A DNA stretch of 64,000 bases from an uncultured Holophagales bacterium (GCA_964561935.1 CAZLQX010000002.1:119930-183929), one strand, 5' to 3'. Positions 26,097-35,192 are shown, counted from the first letter of the stretch. Program-made: numbers and translations. The notes: generated from the sequence alone by a model not told the origin.

Positions 26097-27503
26097 TCAA
26101 GCCGGGGTGCCCGATTCCCCGTCGGCAGGCCGGGAGACTTCCGTCCGGAGAGGACGGGCGAGGAGCGAATTCGCGAGACCGCGTTCGACGATCACCCGTA
26201 CGAAGGTCCCCGGGGGCGCCCCGGGAATCCCGTCGACATTCACGAGACGGTTGTCGGGCGATCGCCCGGAGACCCGGCTCCCCTTCTTGTCCCGTCCTTC
26301 GACGAGGACCTCGAGAACCTGCCCGACGAGGGCCTGGTTCGCCTGCAGCTGGATGCGCTGCTGGTGGTCGTTCAGGCGCGCCAGTCGCTCCTGCGCGACG
26401 GGAAGGGGAACGTCGAGCTGCCAGCGTGCGGCCGCGGTGCCGGGTCGCGGCGAGTACGTGAACGAGAAGACGGCAGCGAACCCGACCTCGTCGAGGAGCG
26501 ACAGAGTGGCCTCGAAGTCCTCCTCGGTCTCCCCCGGGAAGCCGACGATGATGTCCGTCGAGAGCGCGATGCCGGGGATGGCGGCACGGAGTCGCCGGAC
26601 GAGCGCGAGGTACTCCCCGCGCGAGTACTGGCGCTTCATCCGCCCGAGGATCCGGTCGCTCCCGGACTGGAACGGAAGGTGGAGCGCCGGGCATACGGCA
26701 GGGCTCTCGGCCATCGCGGCGACGAGATCGTCACCGAAATTCATCGGATGAGACGTCACGAATCGGAGGCGGCGGAGTCCCGAGAGGCCGGCGACCGCGC
26801 GGAGGAGCGCCGCGAAGCCCGCACCGGTCGTCGGGTCCGAGTACGCGTTCACCGTCTGCCCGAGGAGCTCGATCTCGACGACCCCTTGCGCGACGAGGCC
26901 GCGGCACTCCTCGACGACCTCCTCGAAGCGACGGCTTCTTTCGCGCCCGCGGGTCGTCGGGACGACGCAGAACGTGCAGTGCTTGTTGCACCCTTCGATG
27001 ACGGTTGCGGAGGCCCGGTGCGGAACGCTCCTCGCGACGGCGCCCGGGGTGTACGCCACCTCGTCGAGGTCGAAGGCGATCTCCACGGGTCGGTCGCCTT
27101 CCTCCCGGACTCTCCGGACGACCGCCGGGAGGAGCTCGATCCGACCCGTGCCGAGGACGAAGTCGACGGCGGGAGAGCGACGGAGTATCTCTTCGCCCTC
27201 CTGCTGCGCGACGCAGCCGCAGACCCCGAGCAGGAGGTCGGGCCGACCACGCTTGCGCACGGCGATCCGTCCGAGGTAGTCGTAGACCTTCTGCTCCGCC
27301 TTGTCGCGCACGGAGCACGTGTTCAGGAGAACGAGGTCTGCGTCGTCGACGGACGACGCTTCCAGATAACCCTCTCGAGCCATCAGGCCGACGAACCTCC
27401 GGCTGTCGAGCTCGTTCATCTGACAGCCCCAGGTCTCGACGAAGACCTTCCTGCCCTGGAGAGGTGCGCTCTCTCTGTTCGGCGCCGGCGCCGGGGTCCG
27501 CAT
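26097..27503 (-). CDS. miaB: tRNA-2-methylthio-N6-dimethylallyladenosine synthase
   Basis: TWGCQMNELDS, LNTCSVRDKAEQK, GVCGCVAQQEG, radical SAM EGCNKHCTFCVVP, HLPFQSGSDRIL, STDIIVGFPGETEEDF, TRAM domain. Confidence 0.95.
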   Translation of the reverse strand: MRTPAPAPNRESAPLQGRKVFVETWGCQMNELDSRRFVGLMAREGYLEASSVDDADLVLLNTCSVRDKAEQKVYDYLGRIAVRKRGRPDLLLGVCGCVAQQEGEEILRRSPAVDFVLGTGRIELLPAVVRRVREEGDRPVEIAFDLDEVAYTPGAVARSVPHRASATVIEGCNKHCTFCVVPTTRGRERSRRFEEVVEECRGLVAQGVVEIELLGQTVNAYSDPTTGAGFAALLRAVAGLSGLRRLRFVTSHPMNFGDDLVAAMAESPAVCPALHLPFQSGSDRILGRMKRQYSRGEYLALVRRLRAAIPGIALSTDIIVGFPGETEEDFEATLSLLDEVGFAAVFSFTYSPRPGTAAARWQLDVPLPVAQERLARLNDHQQRIQLQANQALVGQVLEVLVEGRDKKGSRVSGRSPDNRLVNVDGIPGAPPGTFVRVIVERGLANSLLARPLRTEVSRPADGESGTPA

Positions 27504-28177
27504 CAGCGGAGCCATCCGGGCGGCGCGCCGCTCTTGCGGGCCTCCTCCTCCAGATCGTCGAGCGCCTTGCCCGCGGCCGTCGCCTCGGCCTCGAGGCTCT
27601 TCACTCGCTCGCGGGCCTGGTCCCAGGCGGGCCGAATGACCCGCTCGCGGTAGTTACCGTCGCTCCATGCATAGAAGTCGTTCTCGAGGCGACGAGCCTC
27701 GGCCCGGGCCGTCTCGACGGCCGTCTTCGCCTCCTCGGCGCGCGCCCTCGCCGTCGCCGCCCTGTCCCGCCAGTCGGACTCCGTACGTCCGCTCCCGTCC
27801 CTGTAGTCGGCGACGGGGGCCGGAGTCGCTATGGCCCCAGCGGCGGTTTTCGGGGCGGTACCGGTGATCGTGATCGAGGGTCCCGAAGTCGATCGCTCCG
27901 TGCGGAGGAGGGACTCGTTGGTGATCACGATCCCCCCGCGCCTGGGCTCGTCCCGGCCCGAAGCGCTTTCTTGCGTCTTTCTTACGATGTCGGCAAGGGA
28001 GCCGCCGCCCGGCCCCGCGGCGGGCGTTGGAGACGTCGGGACCCCGAAACTCCCCCCACCCAGCTTCCGCGCCGTCTTCGGACGAGGGGTTGGCGTGGGC
28101 TTCGGGTCTTCGGCCCGCAGGGCGAACGCGGCGATCAGGACGGACGCGGCCAGAGGGAGCGCACGCGTTCTGCTCAT
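27503..28177 (-). CDS. Hypothetical secreted protein with Pro/Thr-rich linker and C-terminal coiled coil
   Basis: Signal peptide MSRTRALPLAASVLIAAFALRA; 'IVITNESL' segment; ESDWRDRA..coiled coil..LEEEARKSGAPPGWLR; 4-nt and 1-nt overlaps with neighbours. Confidence 0.7.
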   Translation of the reverse strand: MSRTRALPLAASVLIAAFALRAEDPKPTPTPRPKTARKLGGGSFGVPTSPTPAAGPGGGSLADIVRKTQESASGRDEPRRGGIVITNESLLRTERSTSGPSITITGTAPKTAAGAIATPAPVADYRDGSGRTESDWRDRAATARARAEEAKTAVETARAEARRLENDFYAWSDGNYRERVIRPAWDQARERVKSLEAEATAAGKALDDLEEEARKSGAPPGWLR

Positions 28178-28542
28178 GGTCTCGAGGTTCCTTCCCGGCC
28201 GTAGCGGTCCTCGAGCCGGACGACGTCGTCGAGCTCCGGGCTCGAGACCTCGACCACGAGGACGTCGGCCTCGTTCGCGAACATCCTGTGGCGCGTCCCC
28301 GGAGAGACGTGGAACGTCTCCCCGGGCTCGAGCGACAGGAGGACGCGCGCCCCGCCGGACTCGGTCTCCATCCCGAGCGTTCCCGAAAGGACGTGGATCG
28401 TCTCCTCCTTCCGGAGGTGGTACTGATACGAGAGGGTCTCGCCGGCGCGGATGGAGATGAGCTTCCCGGCGTAGCGCCCGTTCGCGGCGAAGATCCGTTC
28501 GCTTCCCCAGGGCTTCGGGACCACCTTGTCGATCGTCTTCAT
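28174..28542 (-). CDS. Cupin-domain protein (mannose-6-phosphate isomerase type II C-terminal-like)
   Basis: KPWGSE, LSYQYHLRKEET, PGTRHRM, VVEVSSPELDDVVRLEDRYGR. Confidence 0.85.
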   Translation of the reverse strand: MKTIDKVVPKPWGSERIFAANGRYAGKLISIRAGETLSYQYHLRKEETIHVLSGTLGMETESGGARVLLSLEPGETFHVSPGTRHRMFANEADVLVVEVSSPELDDVVRLEDRYGREGTSRP

Positions 28543-30326
28543 GGAGCCACCGCAGCCCGGGTCTCGGGGTCGCCGCTCAGGAGCGCCTCTGCCTCCCGCG
28601 CCAGAAGGGCGGCCACGTCGTCGGGCGTCGAGAGGGAAAGCGCGGCTCGTGCCATCCGCGCGGCGTCCGCCGCGGACGCGCAACGCGCAACGTCCTTCAG
28701 GAGGGGGACGGACCTCGGACCCATCGAGAACTCCCGGATCCCGAGGCCGAGGAGGAGAAGGAAGTGCGCCGGGTCTGCCGCCATCTCCCCGCAGACGGAG
28801 AGAGGCTTACCCGCTCTCGCCGCCGCCTCCTGAACCCGGGCGACGAGACGGAGGATCGCCGGGTGGTGCGGCCGGAAGATGTCGGAGACGGTCTCGTTCG
28901 CCCGGTCCGCCGCGAGCGTGTACTGGATGAGGTCGTTCGTTCCGAGGGAGAGGAAGTCGACCTCCGGCGCGATGAAGTCCGCCGTGACGGCGGCCGAGGG
29001 AACCTCGATCATCGCCCCGAGAGGCACGGCGTCGGGGACGGAGATCCCGCGGTCGAGGAGCTCCTGCCGCGCCTCCTCGACGAACGCACGGACGCGCCGG
29101 ACCTCCTCGACGCCGGCGACCATGGGGACGAGGATCCGCAGGTCTCCCTCCCCGGCGACCGAGAGGAGGGCGCGGAGCTGCGTTCGGAACATCTCGGGGT
29201 GGCTGAAGCAGAGCCGGACGCCGCGAAGCCCCAGGACCGGATTCTCCTCCGACCCGGCGAGGTGCCGGGCCCCCTTCTTACCCCCGAGGTCGTAGGTCCG
29301 GATGACGACGGGCCGGGGCGCGAGCCGCGTGACGACCTGCCGGTAGATCGCGGCCTGTGCCGTCTCGTCTGGGAACTCCACGCCCTCGGTCGAGAGGTAG
29401 AGGAACTCGGACCGGAAGAGGCCGACCCCGTCCGCACCGTACTCGAAGACGTCCGGGACCTCTCGCGCGAGCTCGATGTTCGCGCGGATCGCGACCTCCA
29501 CGCCGTCGCGGGTCCTCGCGAGCCCGGAGAGGCTCCGTTCCTTCAGCGAGACCTCTCGCGTCGCCTCGCGGCCCTGTCTCTCGCGGAAGAGCGTCAGCAC
29601 GTCCTCCGACGGCTCGCGCCAGACGACGCCGCTGCGGCCGTCGACGATGAGGCGGTCGCCGTCGGCGACGGACCCGAGGAGCCTCGGGACGGCGACGACG
29701 GCCGGGAGGCCGAAGGACCTGGCGAGGATCGCCGCGTGAGAGGTCTTCCCGCCGCGCTCCGTCACGAAGGCGACGACCTTCTCCCGCGGAATCCGGACGG
29801 CGTCCGAGGGTGTCAGCTCGTCCGCGACGAGGACGCAGGTATCCCCGGTCAGGAGCGCGAGCCGGTCGACGGCGGCGCCGCCTTCTCCGAGGCTGCGCTT
29901 CAGGATCGCGGCGACGTCGTCGAGGTCGGACGCGCGCAGCGCGAGCTCCTTGTCGGGGAGGTCCCGAAGACGAGCGGCGAGCGCCTCGGAGACGACCTCC
30001 ACGGCCCATTCCGCGTTCACCTTCTCGAGACGGACCTTCTTCTCGATCGGCCCGAGGAAGGACGGGTCCCTCAGGAAGAGAGCGTGCGCCTGGAAGATTG
30101 CGGCGTATTCGCGGCCGAGGCGGGCCTCGACCTGCCCCGCCATCTCCCCGATCTCGCGGATCCCCGATTCCACGGCCCGCTGCAGCCGCTCGAGCTCTGC
30201 CGGTACCTCCTCCGGGTCGAGCTCGCGGCGAGGCGTCGAGTCGGGTCGCCCGATCCAGACGACGGCCTGCCCGACGGCGATGCCTGGAGACACCGGGATT
30301 CCGGAGAGAGAGAGCGACCGCTTCAT
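28539..30326 (-). CDS. ptsI: PTS enzyme I (phosphoenolpyruvate-protein phosphotransferase)
   Basis: GIPVSPGIAVG, GGKTSHAAILARS (phospho-His), GVGLFRSEFLY, IRTYDLGGKK, EENPVLGLRGVR, GAMIEVPSAA, SLGTNDLIQYTLAADR, VCGEMA. Confidence 0.95.
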   Translation of the reverse strand: MKRSLSLSGIPVSPGIAVGQAVVWIGRPDSTPRRELDPEEVPAELERLQRAVESGIREIGEMAGQVEARLGREYAAIFQAHALFLRDPSFLGPIEKKVRLEKVNAEWAVEVVSEALAARLRDLPDKELALRASDLDDVAAILKRSLGEGGAAVDRLALLTGDTCVLVADELTPSDAVRIPREKVVAFVTERGGKTSHAAILARSFGLPAVVAVPRLLGSVADGDRLIVDGRSGVVWREPSEDVLTLFRERQGREATREVSLKERSLSGLARTRDGVEVAIRANIELAREVPDVFEYGADGVGLFRSEFLYLSTEGVEFPDETAQAAIYRQVVTRLAPRPVVIRTYDLGGKKGARHLAGSEENPVLGLRGVRLCFSHPEMFRTQLRALLSVAGEGDLRILVPMVAGVEEVRRVRAFVEEARQELLDRGISVPDAVPLGAMIEVPSAAVTADFIAPEVDFLSLGTNDLIQYTLAADRANETVSDIFRPHHPAILRLVARVQEAAARAGKPLSVCGEMAADPAHFLLLLGLGIREFSMGPRSVPLLKDVARCASAADAARMARAALSLSTPDDVAALLAREAEALLSGDPETRAAVAP

Positions 30327-30334
30327 GCGGACCG

Positions 30335-30340
30335 ATTGTA
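30335..30340 (-). promoter_or_regulatory. -10 box TACAAT 8 nt before ptsI ATG
   Basis: Minus strand TACAAT-cggtccgc-ATG within the 28-nt ptsH-ptsI gap; no SD. Confidence 0.5.
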
Positions 30341-30354
30341 GCCTCGACGGTGAG

Positions 30355-30624
30355 CTACTCCGACTCGTCGAACCGCCGCTCCACGAGGTCCGTGAGCGCC
30401 GACATCGCCTCCGCCTCGTCCACCCCTTCGGTCCGGACGACGATCGGCGTCCCCTTCCCCGCGGCGAGGAGGAGGAGACCGAGGATGCTCTTGCCGTCCA
30501 CGTCCTCCCCGTCCTTCGAGAGGGTGACGCGGGAGGCGTAGTGCGCCGCCGTGTGGACGAGCTTCGCCGCCGCACGGGCGTGGAGTCCGAGGCGGTTCTT
30601 CAGGACGACCGTCTTCTCGATCAC
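30355..30624 (-). CDS. ptsH: Phosphocarrier protein HPr
   Basis: GLHARAAA (His15), VDGKSILGLL (Ser46). Confidence 0.95.
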   Translation of the reverse strand: MIEKTVVLKNRLGLHARAAAKLVHTAAHYASRVTLSKDGEDVDGKSILGLLLLAAGKGTPIVVRTEGVDEAEAMSALTDLVERRFDESE

Positions 30625-31082
30625 GCCGAGCGCTTCTCCGTCTCCATGAGCTCCCCCGCCGCGACGATCGCCCGTCGCCCCTTCTCGACGAGGACGCGCG
30701 CCATCTCCGCGACGTCCTTCCCTTCCCGCGCGAGGGCCCGCGCCTTGACGACCATCGGGAGGTTCACTCCGGTCACGATCTCGACGTGCCCTTTCTGGAG
30801 GAACGCGAGGGCGAGGTTGGACGGAGTCCCGCCGAACATGTCCGTCAGCAGGACGACCCCTCGCCCCCGGTCCGCGCGGGCGATCGCCTTCTGGAGCCTG
30901 TCGCTCGCGTGCTCCGGCGCCTCGTCCCAGGCGAGGGAGAGGGACCCGAGGGGCTGGTCCCCCGCGTCGGACTCGAGGACCTGGACGGTCTCCCTCAGCG
31001 CGTCCGCGAGCGGCCCGTGCGAAAGGAGGAGGATTCCGACGTGTGCGGCCGCCCCGGAGCCGGGGCCGTCAGGGTGCTTCAT
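30621..31082 (-). CDS. PTS EIIA component, mannose/fructose family (stand-alone)
   Basis: ILLLSHGPLA, VLLTDMFGGTPSN, VTGVNLPMV. Confidence 0.9.
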   Translation of the reverse strand: MKHPDGPGSGAAAHVGILLLSHGPLADALRETVQVLESDAGDQPLGSLSLAWDEAPEHASDRLQKAIARADRGRGVVLLTDMFGGTPSNLALAFLQKGHVEIVTGVNLPMVVKARALAREGKDVAEMARVLVEKGRRAIVAAGELMETEKRSA

Positions 31083-31960
31083 GGTCCTTCTCGGATGTCG
31101 TCACGGTGGGCGACGCGGACGGGGTAGCCTGCTGCGGTCAGGTCGCGCCCGAGCCGCTCGGCGACGTAGACGGAGCGGTGGCGGCCGCCAGTGCACCCGA
31201 CACCGATCGTCAGGTACGCCCGGTTCTCGCGGCGGTAGTGCGGGAGGCAGAAGAGGAGGAAGTCGAGGAGCCGGCCGTAGAACGGCCCCGTGTCGCTCCC
31301 TTCCTCGACGAAGCGGGCGACGTCTGCGTCCCGGCCCGTGCGCGGGCGGAGCTCCGGGACGAAGTGGGGATTCGCGAGGAAGCGGACGTCGAAGCAGAGG
31401 TCGACGGACGGCGGCACCCCGTGCTTGAAGCCGAAGGAGACGATCGACACGGCGAGGATGCCGGGGTCGCCTGGCGCCCGGAAGTGCTCCGCGAGCGCCG
31501 ATCGGAGCTCGTGGACCGTCATCGCCGTCGTGTCGAGGACGAGGTCCGCCTTCTCCCGGATCTCGGCGAGGAGACTCCGCTCCCAGCCGATCGCGTCCGC
31601 GAGCGTCCTCTCCTGGGCGAGGGGATGCGGGCGCCGGGTCTCGGAGAACCTTCGCAGGATCGTCCCGTCGTCTGCGTCCAGGAAGACGACCGTGACGGGA
31701 AGGAGCGTCCGGAGCTCGTCGAGAAGCGCCGGGAAGGCGTCGGCGAACCCGGGGTTCCTCACGTCGAGGACGACCGCCGTCCGGCCGCGGGCGCCGCGCG
31801 CCGCCGCCGTCTCCTGGGCGAAGCCGCGGAGGAGCGAGAGCGGGAGGTTGTCGATCGTGTTGAAGCCGATGTCCTCGAGCGCGTGCGCCGCGTAGGACTT
31901 CCCCGACCCCGACAGTCCCGTCAGGACGAGGAGCCGGAGGTCGGTCGGGCCTTCGGTCAC
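31079..31960 (-). CDS. rapZ: RNase adapter RapZ (YhbJ/YvcJ family P-loop protein)
   Basis: LTGLSGSGKS, IDNLP, LDVR, RRFSETRRPHPL, SFGFKHGVP, FDVRFLANP, GCTGGRHRSV; GTG overlaps hprK stop. Confidence 0.93.
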   Translation of the reverse strand: MTEGPTDLRLLVLTGLSGSGKSYAAHALEDIGFNTIDNLPLSLLRGFAQETAAARGARGRTAVVLDVRNPGFADAFPALLDELRTLLPVTVVFLDADDGTILRRFSETRRPHPLAQERTLADAIGWERSLLAEIREKADLVLDTTAMTVHELRSALAEHFRAPGDPGILAVSIVSFGFKHGVPPSVDLCFDVRFLANPHFVPELRPRTGRDADVARFVEEGSDTGPFYGRLLDFLLFCLPHYRRENRAYLTIGVGCTGGRHRSVYVAERLGRDLTAAGYPVRVAHRDDIREGP

Positions 31961-32973
31961 GGCGCTCCCCCGCGGGCTCGCTTCCGGGGCGTCCGGCGCC
32001 GATCGCGGTCCGCCGCGCCCCTGCGCGCGATCTCCTCGTGGACCCGGTCCGCCATCTCGCGGGCCGCGTTGTAACCCCGCCTCTTCAGGAGGTGGTTCCG
32101 CGCGGCGATCTCGACGAGGAGGGCGACGTCGCGGCCGGTCGCGACGGGCATCCTCACGAGGGGGACGGGAACCCCGAGGATCGTCTCCTTCTCCTCGTCG
32201 AGCCCGAGCCTGTCGTACTCGACGCCCTCGACCCAGTGAGAGAGGCGTATCACGAGCTCCACCGTGTGCCGCTCGAGGACGGCCGCGACGCCGAAGAGGA
32301 GCGGCACGTTCACGATGCCGAGGCCGCGGAGCTCCATGTGATGCCGGATGACTCCGGCGGAGGAGCCGACGAGGGCGTCGTTGTGGAACCTCTTGACGAC
32401 GACGAGGTCGTCCGCGACGAGCCGGTGCCCGCGCTGGACGAGCGCGAGGGCGCACTCGCTCTTGCCGACCCCGGAGTCGCCGAGAAGCAGCGTGCCGAGA
32501 CCGCCGACCTCGACGAGGACGCCGTGCAGCGTGACACGCGGGGCAAGCGACTCCTCGAGGAACGCCGTGAGCCCCTCGATGACAGTGCTCGTGAGGCGAG
32601 GCGTCGCGAAGAGCGGGACGTCCCTCTCCTGGCAGAAGCGCCGGAGGGCCGCCGGCGGCCGGATCCCCTTCGTGACGACGACGCACGACATCCCGAGCGA
32701 GGTGAACGCGTCGAAGCGCTCCTTCACGACCTTCGGCGAGAGCGTCCGGAGGTAGTCGAACTCGCTCTCCCCGAGGATCTGCACCCGCTGCGCCCTCACA
32801 TACGGGAGAAAGCCGGCGATCGCGAGTCCCGGTTTCTGGACGCGGGGCCACTCGATCGGCCGGTCCAGGCCGGCGCGCCCCGAGACGAGCTTCAGCCCGA
32901 GCGGCGCCAGCGCGGGCGACTCGAGATCCGCCGCGCGAACGTGCGGCTTCGTCTCGGGGGGCGTCGGGAGCAT
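31957..32973 (-). CDS. hprK: HPr(Ser) kinase/phosphorylase
   Basis: RVQKPGLAIAGF, RVQILGESE, HGVLVEV.GLG.LL.GDSGVGKSECAL.LVQRGHRLVADD, MELRGLGIVN, GRDVALLVEIAARN. Confidence 0.95.
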   Translation of the reverse strand: MLPTPPETKPHVRAADLESPALAPLGLKLVSGRAGLDRPIEWPRVQKPGLAIAGFLPYVRAQRVQILGESEFDYLRTLSPKVVKERFDAFTSLGMSCVVVTKGIRPPAALRRFCQERDVPLFATPRLTSTVIEGLTAFLEESLAPRVTLHGVLVEVGGLGTLLLGDSGVGKSECALALVQRGHRLVADDLVVVKRFHNDALVGSSAGVIRHHMELRGLGIVNVPLLFGVAAVLERHTVELVIRLSHWVEGVEYDRLGLDEEKETILGVPVPLVRMPVATGRDVALLVEIAARNHLLKRRGYNAAREMADRVHEEIARRGAADRDRRRTPRKRARGGAP

Positions 32974-32980
32974 CGGAGGG

Positions 32981-33514
32981 CTAGACCGGCGTCAGGATGA
33001 CGACGGTGCCGTCCTTCCGGCGGTAGAGGACGCGGATCTGCATGTCGGAGGGATCGCGGTAGGCGAAGACCTCGCGCTTGCCGCGGTCGAAGGCGTGGAG
33101 GGCGTCCTCGTCGAACATCGGCCGCGCTTCGTACGTCTCGTTCCGCGGGGCCTTCTCGCGCGGCGCGACCGGCTTCTCGGCCGGGAGCGCGGCCTCCGGG
33201 CTCCGGACCCCGGAGGTCGTGTGCTTCTTCTCCTCCTTCACGCGAGCCTTCGTCTTCTTCGCCTGCGCGGCGACGCGGTCGAGGGCGTTCTGCGCGGCCG
33301 TGAGCTGGTCCGCGGCGACGGCCTCGGCGGCCCACGTTCGCTGGCGGGCCGAGATCGTCACCTCGACGAGGACGCCCCGCTTCTCGAGGCGGACGACGAC
33401 CTTCGCTTCTGCCTCCCTCGGGAGGACCTTCGAGAGCTTCTCGAGGCGCTTCTCGATCGTGTCCTTCGTCTTCGCGTCGACGGTGAGACGGCGGGCCGTG
33501 AGTTCGACTTTCAT
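32981..33514 (-). CDS. hpf: Ribosome hibernation promoting factor, long form
   Basis: Follows rpoN; sigma54-modulation N-domain plus C-terminal RPMFDEDAL...VLYRRKDG S30AE-type domain. Confidence 0.8.
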   Translation of the reverse strand: MKVELTARRLTVDAKTKDTIEKRLEKLSKVLPREAEAKVVVRLEKRGVLVEVTISARQRTWAAEAVAADQLTAAQNALDRVAAQAKKTKARVKEEKKHTTSGVRSPEAALPAEKPVAPREKAPRNETYEARPMFDEDALHAFDRGKREVFAYRDPSDMQIRVLYRRKDGTVVILTPV

Positions 33515-33548
33515 CGTGCCTCCTCGACGGTTCTCGGGGTCGCGGGCC

Positions 33549-35150
33549 TCACGCCGGCGCTCCGGCCGGCCCGCGCTCCACCTTTCGGATCGAGCTGGAC
33601 GGGATGTGGAGCTCCTCGCGGTACTTCGCCACGGTCCGCCGGGCGATGCGGATCCCCTCCCGGGCGAGGAGCTCCGACAGGCGCGCGTCCGAGAGGGGGT
33701 GGGCGGAGTCCTCCGCGTCGACGAGGGCCTTGATCTTCCCCTTGACGGCGAGGGAGGAGACGTCCTCTCCGGCCGAGGAGCTGATCGCCGAGTGGAAGAA
33801 GAACTTCATCGGCAGGAGGCCGCGCGGCGTCGCCATCCACTTGTTCGAGACGACGCGCGAGACCGTCGACTCGTGCATCCCGATGTCGTCGGCGACGTCC
33901 CGCAGGATGAGCGGCTTCAGGTGGGCGACCCCCCAGTCGAGGTACTCGCGCTGCTTCTTGACGATCGACTCCGCGACGCGGACGATCGTCCGCTTGCGCT
34001 GGTCGAGGCTCTTCATGAGCCACTGCGCCGCCCGCATCTTCTCGCGGAGGTAGCTCCTCCCCTCGCCGTCGAGAGGCCCGTTGCTCGACGCGAGGAGCCG
34101 CCGGTAGAAGGGGGACACGCGGAGGCGCGGGAGGCCGTCGTCGTTGAAGAGGACGACGTACTCGTCGTCGACCTTCACGACCTGGACGTCCGGCTCGACG
34201 TAGATCGTCCGGGTGGAGTCGTAGCGCCGCCCCGGCTTCGGGTCGAGGCGCCTCAGGACGTCCACGGCGCGCTGGAGCTCTTCCGGCGGCACCCCCATCT
34301 GGCGCGCGAGGACGGGCGGGGCCTTGCTCGCGAGGTCCGCGAGACGGTTCCGGACGAGCTCCTCCAGGAGCGGCGTCGCGACCTCCTCCTCGTGCGCCTG
34401 GATCAGCAGGCACTCCGCGAGGTCGCGGGCCCCGACTCCCGAAGGGTCGAACGACTGGAGGAGCGCGAGGGCCTCGACCGCGACGTCCTCGTCGCACGGG
34501 ACGCCGACGCAGACTTCGGGGATCGTGATCCGCAGATAGCCGTCCGCGTCGAGGTTCCCGATCATGAACGTGCAGGCCTCGCGCACGGAGGTGCTGGCCT
34601 CGGACACGCCGAGCTGCTCGGCGAGGTGCGCGTCGAGCCCCGGAGGGGCCTCGGCGCGATTCTCGAGGGAGTACTCCTCCCCCTCCTCGTCCATCCGTGG
34701 CGCCGTGGAGGAGGTCCCCTCGAGGTAGTCGCCGAAGTAGGACTCCAGGTCGATCGCCTCGAACGTCTCCCGTCCGGGCTCGGACGGGATCTCCGCCTCC
34801 GGGGTCCCCGGCGCCGGGAGCGGCGCGGGGGGCTCCTCGGCGTGAGGTGCTGCACCTTCCTCCCACGAACCGCCGGCCTCGCCCCCGTCCGGCGCGTCGC
34901 CCGCCGGTCCGACGCCCTCTCCCGGCTCGTCGCCCGCCTCCCGCGGCGCGCCCGGCTCCTCGCCGTCGGGACCGGCCGGCGACTCCTGCGGCTCGTCGTC
35001 CTCCAGGACCGGGTTCGCGACGATCTCCTGGTTGACGACGTCCTGGAGCTCCAAACGCGTCATCTGCAGCAGCTTGATGGCCTGCTGCAGCGTCGGCGTC
35101 ATGACGAGCCGCTGCGAGAGCTTGAGGGAGAGCTTCTGTTCGAGTCCCAC
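33549..35150 (-). CDS. rpoN: RNA polymerase sigma-54 factor
   Basis: LSQRLVMTPTLQQAIKLLQM, IGNLDADGYL, FDPSGVGARDLAECL, LKPLILRDVADDIGMHESTVSR, RpoN box ARRTVAKYRE. Confidence 0.97.
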   Translation of the reverse strand: MGLEQKLSLKLSQRLVMTPTLQQAIKLLQMTRLELQDVVNQEIVANPVLEDDEPQESPAGPDGEEPGAPREAGDEPGEGVGPAGDAPDGGEAGGSWEEGAAPHAEEPPAPLPAPGTPEAEIPSEPGRETFEAIDLESYFGDYLEGTSSTAPRMDEEGEEYSLENRAEAPPGLDAHLAEQLGVSEASTSVREACTFMIGNLDADGYLRITIPEVCVGVPCDEDVAVEALALLQSFDPSGVGARDLAECLLIQAHEEEVATPLLEELVRNRLADLASKAPPVLARQMGVPPEELQRAVDVLRRLDPKPGRRYDSTRTIYVEPDVQVVKVDDEYVVLFNDDGLPRLRVSPFYRRLLASSNGPLDGEGRSYLREKMRAAQWLMKSLDQRKRTIVRVAESIVKKQREYLDWGVAHLKPLILRDVADDIGMHESTVSRVVSNKWMATPRGLLPMKFFFHSAISSSAGEDVSSLAVKGKIKALVDAEDSAHPLSDARLSELLAREGIRIARRTVAKYREELHIPSSSIRKVERGPAGAPA

Positions 35151-35192
35151 GATGCGGGTGGAGAGCGCCGGTCGGCGTGATCTCTGTCGACG

